The notes under the pieces were generated by a model. The model was not told where the DNA came from and ran no database searches. It worked only from the letters and a program-made list of their open reading frames with translations. A stretch of DNA of 53,103 nt from assembly GCA_964581915.1 (NCBI GenBank), contig CAZOQR010000001.1, positions 1 to 53,103 of the forward strand, in the 5' to 3' direction. The stretch comes from an uncultured Ignavibacteriaceae bacterium (GTDB lineage Bacteria > Bacteroidota > Ignavibacteria > Tepidaquicellales > Tepidaquicellaceae). Below are positions 40,015 to 48,221 of the stretch, piece after piece (the first letter of the stretch is position 1; every line of letters begins with the position of its first letter). A program made the position numbers and the translations under genes.

Positions 40015-41057
40015 AAATTCAAATCCTTTATGTAATACCTCTCGTACGTGTCAAGTTTCTTCAGCACGTAATCAACGAGACCGTCTATCCTGTCTTCGGT
40101 AATTTCTCCTTTTGATTTTTGCCTGAATTCCTTCGCAAGGTTTTCCTTCGTTGAGAGCGTTATGAGACTTTCCTCGTTCCATTTCGAGTTTATGTTTCCG
40201 GAGTTGGAATAATTATATATATCCTTGTAGAGTTCTACGAAGAGCCCTGTCTCGTCGCGGTCAATCATAAAAGTCTTGTAAATTATCCTCACGGGGAATC
40301 TGTCGATTTGCTCGAAATCATAAGTCATCGAGCGGCTGCTTTCGAGCCACGATGTGAGGTCCTTCGACTTGATCACTCTGTTGATGAGAAACTCCTTCAT
40401 CTTCGCGATATTATCGTTGTCGTTTCTAACGCAGCCGTGTGACAGGCTTCGCATCTTCGAATAAATCAGGTTCGGTTTGTTCGTGCCGTGAAAATACCTC
40501 AATGAGTTTTCGTCATAATGCACGACGAATAGTCCGAGCGGGTTCTTAGGTCCCGGCGGTACCGCGGGCAAATTCTCCTTTCCCTTCTCAGGGTCTTTCC
40601 AGGAAGGCCAGTTTCTCACCCTGTACGCTTCGAAAAATCCCGTGTATGTTTTGTCCTTTATCGTTCCGATAACATTGTTCCAGGTATCGATATATATCGT
40701 GTCCTTCCCGTACAACTGGAATAAATGCGACCTGAATTCGGGTATGTTAAGTTCCCAGAGTATCTTCACCGTGTCGAGCAGAAAGTTGCTTCCGACAATA
40801 TAATCCACCTTGAAAAAATATCCTCCGCCCGCTTCCATCGGCTTATCTACTTTTTCAATAATCCTTTTATCGGTAATGTTCTTTATGATTTTTTCGCTTA
40901 TAATCGGAAAATGACTCCTCAGATAATTCCCGATTGTTTCGTCGGCTTCCTCGATGCTCTCGGCTTCGACCTTTACGGTATCCTTGCCGAGGCCTGCAAA
41001 ACCCGGCGCAACAAGAAACAGAGACAGTACAAAAGATAAAAGAAATATTTTCTTCAT
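40011..41057 (-). CDS. L,D-transpeptidase (YkuD) family protein
   Basis: Signal peptide and the catalytic SLSHGCVRN motif. Confidence 0.8.
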   Translation of the reverse strand: MKKIFLLSFVLSLFLVAPGFAGLGKDTVKVEAESIEEADETIGNYLRSHFPIISEKIIKNITDKRIIEKVDKPMEAGGGYFFKVDYIVGSNFLLDTVKILWELNIPEFRSHLFQLYGKDTIYIDTWNNVIGTIKDKTYTGFFEAYRVRNWPSWKDPEKGKENLPAVPPGPKNPLGLFVVHYDENSLRYFHGTNKPNLIYSKMRSLSHGCVRNDNDNIAKMKEFLINRVIKSKDLTSWLESSRSMTYDFEQIDRFPVRIIYKTFMIDRDETGLFVELYKDIYNYSNSGNINSKWNEESLITLSTKENLAKEFRQKSKGEITEDRIDGLVDYVLKKLDTYERYYIKDLNF

Positions 41058-41182
41058 AAGATTATAATTATTAATTTCCCTTTACTAAAGCGTATATACA
41101 AAACCAATATTACCGATTATTTGTTTCAGGAAAACAGAAATGAAAATTTCCGGTAATTATTCCCGACAAAACAAAGACAAAA

Positions 41183-42025
41183 CTAAATTGTTTTCAGTAT
41201 TTTTACAAGTATTTTATTGAGTTCACTCTGAGCGTATCTTCTGTTGTTGATTTCGCTCTTAATTTTTTCCTGCTCGCTTCTCTTGTCCTCGAGCATCTTA
41301 TCGGCTATCAAATCCCGCGTTATCAGCCCTATTGCCGCGAACTTAATCCCCGCGTGAACGGCGGTTATGTTCTCCGGTGCCAGCGCGTATCCCAGTACAT
41401 CGCTTCCCACGTCCCTGTAAAATCTCGCCTCGGCTTCCGTTTCGCTTTCGGGACCTATTATGCTCATGTAAACCGATTCGTTAATCTTGATTTTCCTGTC
41501 CTGAAAAATTTTATAAATTTTCTCGTAAAGTTTTTTATCGTAGGCATTGCTCATGTCGGGAAACCGTATCCCGAGTTCCTCGTCGTTCTCTCCGATAAGC
41601 GGATTATCTCCCATTAGATTTATGTGGTCGTAAATGAGCGAAAGGTCGCCGCATTCGAAACGCGGATTCAGATTTCCGACTTCGTCTAATGAAAGAATTT
41701 TTTCGATTCCGAGATACCTGAGCAGATATATTACGTGCCCTATGTCGCGCATCGAATAACCGTCGTAAAAATGAAACCTGCCTTTCAGAATTATCATGTC
41801 TTTCGAGCCTGCCTTGGCGAAGTACAGCATTCCGTGGTGAGCGTTTTCGGGTCCTTCGAATTTCGGAGGTACGTTCACGTAATCCAGTTTCTTGAGCACG
41901 TTTATGCCGTAAGGAAGCGGATAGTGGTCTTCCGTTATGAGCGCTATTTTAGGCTTCAGTTTCGGCGGCATGCTCTTTTTTATTGCCTTAACCGATTCGA
42001 GAATTCTCTTTCTTTGTTCTGTCAT
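41183..42025 (-). CDS. divergent purine nucleoside phosphorylase-family paralogue (several catalytic motifs altered)
   Basis: It retains GRFHFYDGY, DHINLMGDNPLIG...RFPDMSNAYD and GPESETEAE. It has ITEDH, SLDEVGN and LGYAL where the trimeric PNP motifs G(S/T)GLG, NA(A/C)G and VGMS would be. Confidence 0.7.
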   Translation of the reverse strand: MTEQRKRILESVKAIKKSMPPKLKPKIALITEDHYPLPYGINVLKKLDYVNVPPKFEGPENAHHGMLYFAKAGSKDMIILKGRFHFYDGYSMRDIGHVIYLLRYLGIEKILSLDEVGNLNPRFECGDLSLIYDHINLMGDNPLIGENDEELGIRFPDMSNAYDKKLYEKIYKIFQDRKIKINESVYMSIIGPESETEAEARFYRDVGSDVLGYALAPENITAVHAGIKFAAIGLITRDLIADKMLEDKRSEQEKIKSEINNRRYAQSELNKILVKILKTI

Positions 42026-42036
42026 GATAATTCAAA

Positions 42037-42837
42037 TTAAAGTTCTTTAACCAGATTTTTTATTAATGTAACAAGTTTCGGCTCCGCCGCGGATGCCGAC
42101 GCGAGTATGTGCCTGAGTTCGGCTACCTTCAGCGTATCCGGAAAACCAAGGTCAGTAATTATCGAAAGTCCAAGAGTCCTGATGCCAAGTTCGTTTGCCA
42201 CAAGCACTTCGGGTATCGTCGACATTCCTACCGTATCCGCTCCTATCCTCTGCATAAGCCTGTATTCCGCTTTTGTCTCTAGATTCGGACCCTGAACGGA
42301 AGCATAACACCCCTTCTTTACATTGATGTTGTTTTCAAGCGCGACCTTTTCGGCAAGTTCTATGAGTCCGCGGTCGTAAAAATATTTCGAGCGCCTGCCT
42401 GAATTCGGCGCAGCGCCTATCAGCGGAGACGAGAAATGCAGATTTATGTGCGAGTTCATTATCATCAGGTCGGCTTTCTCGAGTTTGTTGCTGACCGCGC
42501 CGCAGGCGTTCGACACTATAAGATATTTCACTCCAAGCGATTTCATAACCGGAATCGGAAACGTCACGTGATCGTGGCTGTACCCCTCGTAATAATGAAA
42601 CCTTCCCGACATCGCCACAACCTTCTTTCCCGAAAGAGTGCCGAATATCAGTTTTCCGGTGTGCGACTCAACCGTCGAAACAGGGAAATGAGGTATGCTG
42701 TTATAATCGATAGAACGAGGCTTCTCGATGAATTTAACCAGACCGCCCAGACCCGTCCCGAGAATAATCCCTATATCATAATTTTCTCTGACCGTTTTCC
42801 TGATGTGCGAATGCGATTCTCTGTGTCTGCCGTTCAT
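42037..42837 (-). CDS. punA: purine nucleoside phosphorylase (trimeric PunA type)
   Basis: ILGTGLGGL, SGRFHYYEGY, VSNACGA, QGPNLETKAE and VGMSTIPEV. Start at ATG 42837; the ORF-track start at 42921 would overlap divIVA. Confidence 0.85.
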   Translation of the reverse strand: MNGRHRESHSHIRKTVRENYDIGIILGTGLGGLVKFIEKPRSIDYNSIPHFPVSTVESHTGKLIFGTLSGKKVVAMSGRFHYYEGYSHDHVTFPIPVMKSLGVKYLIVSNACGAVSNKLEKADLMIMNSHINLHFSSPLIGAAPNSGRRSKYFYDRGLIELAEKVALENNINVKKGCYASVQGPNLETKAEYRLMQRIGADTVGMSTIPEVLVANELGIRTLGLSIITDLGFPDTLKVAELRHILASASAAEPKLVTLIKNLVKEL

Positions 42838-42859
42838 TCCTTTTATTCTTTCCGGAAAT

Positions 42860-43468
42860 TTATTTTGCTTCAAAACTGTCTTCGAATGACTGCGTCTCCT
42901 TGTTTTCCTGCTGCGGAGCAAGCGTAATCCTCTTCATTGGCTTGATGTCCTCCTCGGGAGTTTCCTCTTCATCCTGAATCATATCGTTTACGCGGCTCAG
43001 TTCCATTGTTATTATTTTTCTGTTCTTGAAAAACTCATCAAGTTCATTGAGTTTGTCCGTGAGGAAATTTCTTACATCGTCAAAAGTTTTCTCGTTCTTC
43101 TGCTTTATTATTTCAAGTTCCTGCCGCTTGTTCAGTATCTCGTCTTCAAGGTCCTGCTTTATTTTTCTCGCGTCAAGTTCGGCTTCGTGCGTGATTATTT
43201 CGGCGCGCTTCTTCGCGGTCGCGACAATTTCCTCTCCGAGTTCCTGAGAGCGGACAATCGCGCGCTGAAGATTAGCCTCGTTCTCCTTGTATATGTCGAT
43301 GTCCTGAAGCAGCGATTTTATCTTCTCCGCCTGATTCTTGTTCTCGACGAGGAGTCTTTCGTAGTGCGCGCTTACGGTTTCGAGAAACGCGTCAACCTCA
43401 TCGGAATCATAACCTCTGAGCGATTTCTTGAAGTCGCGCTTCTTAATGTCTTTTGAAGAAATAATCAT
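42860..43468 (-). CDS. divIVA: DivIVA domain-containing coiled-coil protein
   Basis: The N-terminus DIKKRDFKKSLRGYDSDEVDAFLE is the DivIVA lipid-binding domain signature. A long coiled coil follows. Confidence 0.85.
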   Translation of the reverse strand: MIISSKDIKKRDFKKSLRGYDSDEVDAFLETVSAHYERLLVENKNQAEKIKSLLQDIDIYKENEANLQRAIVRSQELGEEIVATAKKRAEIITHEAELDARKIKQDLEDEILNKRQELEIIKQKNEKTFDDVRNFLTDKLNELDEFFKNRKIITMELSRVNDMIQDEEETPEEDIKPMKRITLAPQQENKETQSFEDSFEAK

Positions 43469-43485
43469 TTGAGTTATAATTAAGT

Positions 43486-44181
43486 TTATAAATAATTTCT
43501 GTAACCGAAAATCGCGCTTCCGACCCTTAACATGTTCGCCCCTTCCTCTATTGCAATCCTGTAATCGGACGTCATTCCCATCGAAAGAAAATCGAATCCT
43601 TCATGCGAAGGTTTCAGCGCGTCGAAAAGTTTTTTCAAAACCCTGAAATTATCCCTGATTACATTCTCATCGTCCGTAAACATTCCTATCGTCATCAGTC
43701 CGCGCAGGCGGATGTTCTTCAGCATCGAAATGCCGCGGCACAACTGTTCGGCGTCCGAAGGCTCGACTCCCGATTTTTGATCCTCTCCGCTCGTATTAAC
43801 CTGCACGAGAACGTCAATGACGCGCCCGTGCTTCCGCGCCTGTTCGTCTATAACCTCCGCGAGTTTGAGGCTGTCAACCGAATGAATGAGTTCTACAAAA
43901 TCAGCGATATATTTCACCTTGTTCGTTTGTAAATGACCGACAAGATGCCAGTGAATATCCTCATCCTTAAGAGCATCGCGTTTATCGCGGAGTTCCTGAA
44001 CCTTGTTTTCGCCGAAATAAACCTGACCCAAATCCCGCACCGCCTTTATCTGCCCGGGCGGAAAAGTCTTGCTGACCGCGATAAGTTTTATTTCGTCGAA
44101 ATTTCTCCCGTTTTCGCCGCAAATTTGCCTTATATCGTTAATCAGAGAGTCGTAATTCTCCTTTAAATAAGAATATTCCAT
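43486..44181 (-). CDS. yggS: YggS family pyridoxal-phosphate homeostasis protein
   Basis: LIAVSKT (PLP lysine), WHLVGHLQTNKVK and LSMGMTSDY motifs. Confidence 0.9.
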   Translation of the reverse strand: MEYSYLKENYDSLINDIRQICGENGRNFDEIKLIAVSKTFPPGQIKAVRDLGQVYFGENKVQELRDKRDALKDEDIHWHLVGHLQTNKVKYIADFVELIHSVDSLKLAEVIDEQARKHGRVIDVLVQVNTSGEDQKSGVEPSDAEQLCRGISMLKNIRLRGLMTIGMFTDDENVIRDNFRVLKKLFDALKPSHEGFDFLSMGMTSDYRIAIEEGANMLRVGSAIFGYRNYL

Positions 44182-44329
44182 CTGCGAAAATTATGTTTAT
44201 TTTCCTATAATATCAATTTAGAACGCTTTGCCATACGGTTTTCACGGTGATTAATGCCCGCTGTTTCCACATTTTCTGTTTTTATATAAATTTATATATT
44301 GCAATTGTAATGAACTCCGGGGGTAATTT

Positions 44330-45118
44330 ATTAAGAACATCAAAAATATCTGCTTCATATTAATTGCTGTCTGCTTATTTGCTTACCTTTATTCCTGTGA
44401 CTCCAAAAGCGGCTCTGTCGTTAGCCCGCCCGTAATTCACGACACTAACATTTACGGGAACGGAAACGGTAAAATCACATTTTACAGAACGGAACAGATT
44501 AGCGGTAAGGTCACAATCAGTATTTCCGGAAGCACACTCACCGATTCTCTGGTATGGCAGCAGATTCCTTCGTGTGATACAATCGCGGCTGTTTCAAAAA
44601 TCCTGCCCGCGGGAAATTACACGTCAAGAATTGAAGGCGCGTCATTCCTTTGCAATTATAACATCAAGGTTGAAGAGAGAATCTGCAAACTTATAAATTA
44701 TACGGGCTGCGCAAACGGTTATGTCGGCTGCTATCCTCTCGACGGAACGTGGCTGCGGACCGACGACGGTCCCTGTCCAAACTGCAAGGGATTAAAAGTG
44801 CAGTTCTCGGACGGATTCGGTGAAGTCATTTACACTCCGCCGGGATGCAGGTTTCCCCTTTCCGATATTAAATGGAAGGACTTTAATCTTAGCCTGTGCA
44901 CGGTTTACGACATCGCGCGCGATGATTACGGAGGTTCGCCCGAATACCAGAAAGCGGACGTGGAATTTTTCAGCAAGGATTCTATGCTGATAAAAGGACC
45001 GTCGGGTAACATACCTTATTCAAGAATATCTTACAAGAATGTTAAGAAGCATAAAAATATTATCGGCTCTCCTGTTGATAACGGTGTTCGCACTACAGGG
45101 CTGCCAACTGGAAGATGA
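44330..45118 (+). CDS. Cys-rich hypothetical lipoprotein with non-canonical (ATT) start or 1-nt indel
   Basis: The frame is open from 44327 to 45118. There is no ATG/GTG/TTG before 44798, yet the region encodes (I)KNIKNICFILIAVCLFAYLYSC plus 9 further Cys. GGGGG sits 6 nt upstream of ATT 44330. Confidence 0.55.
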   Translation: MKNIKNICFILIAVCLFAYLYSCDSKSGSVVSPPVIHDTNIYGNGNGKITFYRTEQISGKVTISISGSTLTDSLVWQQIPSCDTIAAVSKILPAGNYTSRIEGASFLCNYNIKVEERICKLINYTGCANGYVGCYPLDGTWLRTDDGPCPNCKGLKVQFSDGFGEVIYTPPGCRFPLSDIKWKDFNLSLCTVYDIARDDYGGSPEYQKADVEFFSKDSMLIKGPSGNIPYSRISYKNVKKHKNIIGSPVDNGVRTTGLPTGR

Positions 45119-46049
45119 AACGATTGAACTTCCCGTTATCGAGGACCCCGGAACCGGCATCTGGTATGTCGGGAAATTATCCACCGCGGGAGACGCGCGC
45201 TTCGTCAGGGGATACACGATTAACAAGACGCAGTATGCATTTATCGCGGCGGGCAACGGCGGATTCAGCATTGCAAACGTTACGGACGGCGCGGCGCCGG
45301 GCCTTACGGCAAATTATTCTACGGGAGGATTTGTAACCGAAATATTCGTTGACTCTGTAAACGGAAGGCACTTCGCTTTCCTATCCGACAGCGACAAGGG
45401 TCTGCTGGTTTTCGACGTTTCAACTCCGCAGACTCCTTTGTTTATTGATTTGGTTTCTTATCAGAACTTAATGTCAGTAAACAGGAAGGACAGTATTTTG
45501 TATGCAGCAACGGCAAACGGCTTAAAAATGCTGAACATAAACCAACTGCCCGATACTCTTACGGAAGCAGGCTCTTACACTCCCGCGGATAACATAAATC
45601 ATATAGAGGTATCGGGAAATTTGTGCTGTCTCGTCGAAAGTACGGCAGGTCTTGAATTTATTAACATAACAAATCCTTCATCGCCGGTTTTTTATTCGAC
45701 GTTCAGAACTCCGGGTTCCTGTCTCGATATAAAGATTGCCGGTAATCTGGCATACGTCGCTGACGGTAATTCCGGCATCAGCGTAATAAGCGTATCGAAT
45801 CCCGCGCAGCCGTATTTCGTTCGGACAGTAAACACGGAAACCGACGTCAGAAAACTTGACTATTCGCCTAACTTCCTGTTCGCCGCGGAGAATACGGACG
45901 GTGCGGAAGTCTATAACCTGTTCGACACCTCAAAACCAGAATTCATTGGTTATTACGAACCGGAAGGCGTTGCATACTCTGTTCATTTTTATAAAGCGAA
46001 AATTTTACTGGCAAACGGAACCAACGGCCTTCTAATCCTCCGGTTCTGA
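45039..46049 (+). CDS. LVIVD-repeat beta-propeller lipoprotein
   Basis: Lipobox ALQGC. Repeated units of the type GLLVFDVSTPQTP, GLEFINITNPSSP, GISVISVSNPAQP and GAEVYNLFDTSKP are present. Confidence 0.75.
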   Translation: MLRSIKILSALLLITVFALQGCQLEDETIELPVIEDPGTGIWYVGKLSTAGDARFVRGYTINKTQYAFIAAGNGGFSIANVTDGAAPGLTANYSTGGFVTEIFVDSVNGRHFAFLSDSDKGLLVFDVSTPQTPLFIDLVSYQNLMSVNRKDSILYAATANGLKMLNINQLPDTLTEAGSYTPADNINHIEVSGNLCCLVESTAGLEFINITNPSSPVFYSTFRTPGSCLDIKIAGNLAYVADGNSGISVISVSNPAQPYFVRTVNTETDVRKLDYSPNFLFAAENTDGAEVYNLFDTSKPEFIGYYEPEGVAYSVHFYKAKILLANGTNGLLILRF

Positions 46050-46311
46050 TAAAAATCCTATTGCAGGGAAACCTTCGCTTTTAAGCGTTTTTATAACCGT
46101 ATACGGCATTAACTTTAAAAATGCACCTGCTATCGTATGTATCCGTAAAAATATGGTTTTATTGTTTGCTTTTTACTTTTCAAAAAAGTATTTTTCCTTG
46201 ATTAAACTCTGTGTTTAAACAGAAATACTATATCTCATAACAGGGTAATTTAATATCTCTTTGAAGTATTAGCATATTTAAAGGATAATTTTAAAATATT
46301 CATCCATCATA

Positions 46312-47616
46312 ATGAAAAGCGCGACAAGTTTAATGCTGTTATTATGTGCATTTGCACTCTTAACACTCCTCCCGGAGAGATTTGCTTATTCACAGGATAC
46401 CTCCTCGAGCGAATACCTTAAAGAAGGACTTAAAGTCGGTGTCGTAAAAAATTCGAGTCTCGTTAAGGTAGAAATCAGGGGTAAATCGGAAGTTCTCAAC
46501 CTCAAGGAATTATATTCCTATCTCGGTATCAACAAACTTGACAGAACATACCGCTCAATTGCCTCTCTCGAAAAAATGAAGGTGCAGGGAAGCACCGTTT
46601 CAATCGACGGAGACGCGATGCTCGCTGTAATATCGGGAAACGACGGTATTATTATTCTAATCGTTGACGCTAACGAGCCCAAGAATTTCACGTACACTGC
46701 GCTCAAGCAGAGAATTGTCAGGAAAGGCGACACCAAGAACCTCTATCACTCGCAGGAAGAAGGAATTCAAAGACCCGACCTCGTGACGATTTCAAGCAGC
46801 GGCATCGCCTGGGTTAGTTACGGCGACGGAGGGATGTACAACCTGAATTTTGTTCCTCTCGTAACCCCGAAACACATTACCACGACGTTTGAAGGAAGCG
46901 CGTCGACTACCGAATGGGACATAAAGGTTCAGGAAGGCGACATAAGCGTTGTTGACGGAAGCAAGATTCTCCTGAAAGCCAGCGTTTACAACGGTTTCAG
47001 CGATGATGCCGACAACCTGAAATCCCTCGTTAAATGGGGCGGCAAAGCAAGAAACGTCAGCGATTTCACTTTCAATATTATCGAAGACACAAGAAGCATG
47101 GCGGGGAATGACGTGCTTCTCGAATTCGGCGAAAATGATTTCACCAAAATGTTCGGCTCCTCCGCGAAAACGACTTCCTGGGAAAGCGTTGAAATCGTGA
47201 AGCCCCTGAGCAACATCACGAGAAACAACGTTTCGTATATTCCTCACGTCGTTTTGACAAGAAACGGTATCGGCGTGGTTGAAGTGCCGACCGAGGGTGA
47301 CGACGTACGATTCTATCACCTCGGAGGAAAACCTTACGACCCGAACGAAAAGGACAATCCGAAAATTTTTAAGCCTGCTTTCTCAATCAATACATTCGGC
47401 ACGCTGTTCGGATATATAGAAGTCACGGGCTCGGATAATTCGGTGCAGCAACTTGCATTGTTTTCTCCGTCATTCAGATTCGGAATAAAGGTTGAATTGA
47501 GTTTCTCCGTCAAGAAGGATTTCTCGGTCTTCGCCACGACGAACTACCTTAACCTTAAAGAAGGCGACGGAAACGTCAGAGCGATGCTCGGTATAAGCAA
47601 TCTTCAGATGAACTGA
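46312..47616 (+). CDS. hypothetical secreted protein (434 aa)
   Basis: Signal peptide (LLLCAFALLTLLPERFAYSQ), beta-rich composition, no family recognised. It is followed by a strong terminator. Confidence 0.6.
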   Translation: MKSATSLMLLLCAFALLTLLPERFAYSQDTSSSEYLKEGLKVGVVKNSSLVKVEIRGKSEVLNLKELYSYLGINKLDRTYRSIASLEKMKVQGSTVSIDGDAMLAVISGNDGIIILIVDANEPKNFTYTALKQRIVRKGDTKNLYHSQEEGIQRPDLVTISSSGIAWVSYGDGGMYNLNFVPLVTPKHITTTFEGSASTTEWDIKVQEGDISVVDGSKILLKASVYNGFSDDADNLKSLVKWGGKARNVSDFTFNIIEDTRSMAGNDVLLEFGENDFTKMFGSSAKTTSWESVEIVKPLSNITRNNVSYIPHVVLTRNGIGVVEVPTEGDDVRFYHLGGKPYDPNEKDNPKIFKPAFSINTFGTLFGYIEVTGSDNSVQQLALFSPSFRFGIKVELSFSVKKDFSVFATTNYLNLKEGDGNVRAMLGISNLQMN

Positions 47617-47640
47617 TTTTTTCTTTATAGAAATTTAAAA

Positions 47641-47670
47641 GAGAAGTCCTTCGCGGGACTTCTCTTTTTT
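47641..47670. terminator. bidirectional intrinsic terminator
   Basis: GAGAAGTCC-TTCGCG-GGACTTCTC, then TTTTTT on the + strand. AAAA precedes the stem, giving a U-run on the minus strand too. Confidence 0.8.
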
Positions 47671-47705
47671 ATAAGTAATGTTCTGCAAATTATGCGTACG
47701 CCGAA

Positions 47706-48221
47706 TCAGCGCTTTATGTACGTGCAGACTTTCGCGGGAGATTCCTCTTCCGAATATACTTCAAAACCCTTACTTACAAGCATGTCTATAAGCGGCGCGG
47801 GCGTGAACGGCGTGACGAGAAGATATACCTCATTTGCTGACATTCCGGACGACTCCTTGACCACCTTGTTTACGGGGTGAACACCCGATTCAAGGTCCTC
47901 GCGCGCGTCGTATTCGAATTTAATATTTTCCGGAGACGCCCATTCGGGTTTTTTCCGTTCCGGGGATTTCCCGCCTCCGGGTTCCGTATTCCCCTGCCCG
48001 ACGGCTGAACGCAGTTCGTTTATCAGTACCGAAAGACTCACCCGCCCGACGACGGATGCCTGCTTAAGTGTTGTGACCTTCGTTATTGTCTTTCTCAATA
48101 CGGGATTCTTTAGTTTTTCGAAAACCGGCGCTATCTGAATCAGTTTGTCTTCAAGTTGCGGATAAGCCTTGAGCAAATCATGAATCTTCACGTCGGGAGT
48201 TATGAGCAGATTAGTTGTCAT
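47706..48221 (-). CDS. DUF1858 + DUF2249-like two-domain protein
   Basis: The N-terminus ITPDVKIHDLLKAYPQLEDKL...TLKQA fits DUF1858. The C-terminus DAREDLESGVHP...LLVTPFTPAPLI fits a TusA-like DUF2249. Start at ATG 48221. Confidence 0.7.
   Translation of the reverse strand: MTTNLLITPDVKIHDLLKAYPQLEDKLIQIAPVFEKLKNPVLRKTITKVTTLKQASVVGRVSLSVLINELRSAVGQGNTEPGGGKSPERKKPEWASPENIKFEYDAREDLESGVHPVNKVVKESSGMSANEVYLLVTPFTPAPLIDMLVSKGFEVYSEEESPAKVCTYIKR

Noticed and set aside
42838-42921. N-terminal extension of the PNP gene
   Set aside because: It is an Arg-rich read-through overlapping the divIVA 3-prime end. PNP similarity begins after the ATG at 42837.
42436-42927. 163-aa ORF on the + strand
   Set aside because: It is antisense to the PNP gene; shadow ORF.
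46121-46201. 26-codon hydrophobic small ORF (MHLLSYVSVKIWFYCLLFTFQKSIFP) in the 262-nt intergenic region
   Set aside because: It has no Shine-Dalgarno site and no supporting evidence. An ORF of this size is easily produced by chance in AT-rich sequence.
46792-47319. 175-aa ORF on the - strand
   Set aside because: It is antisense to the 434-aa secreted-protein gene. That sense frame has a signal peptide and runs 434 aa, so the antisense frame is the weaker candidate, though neither has a known family.
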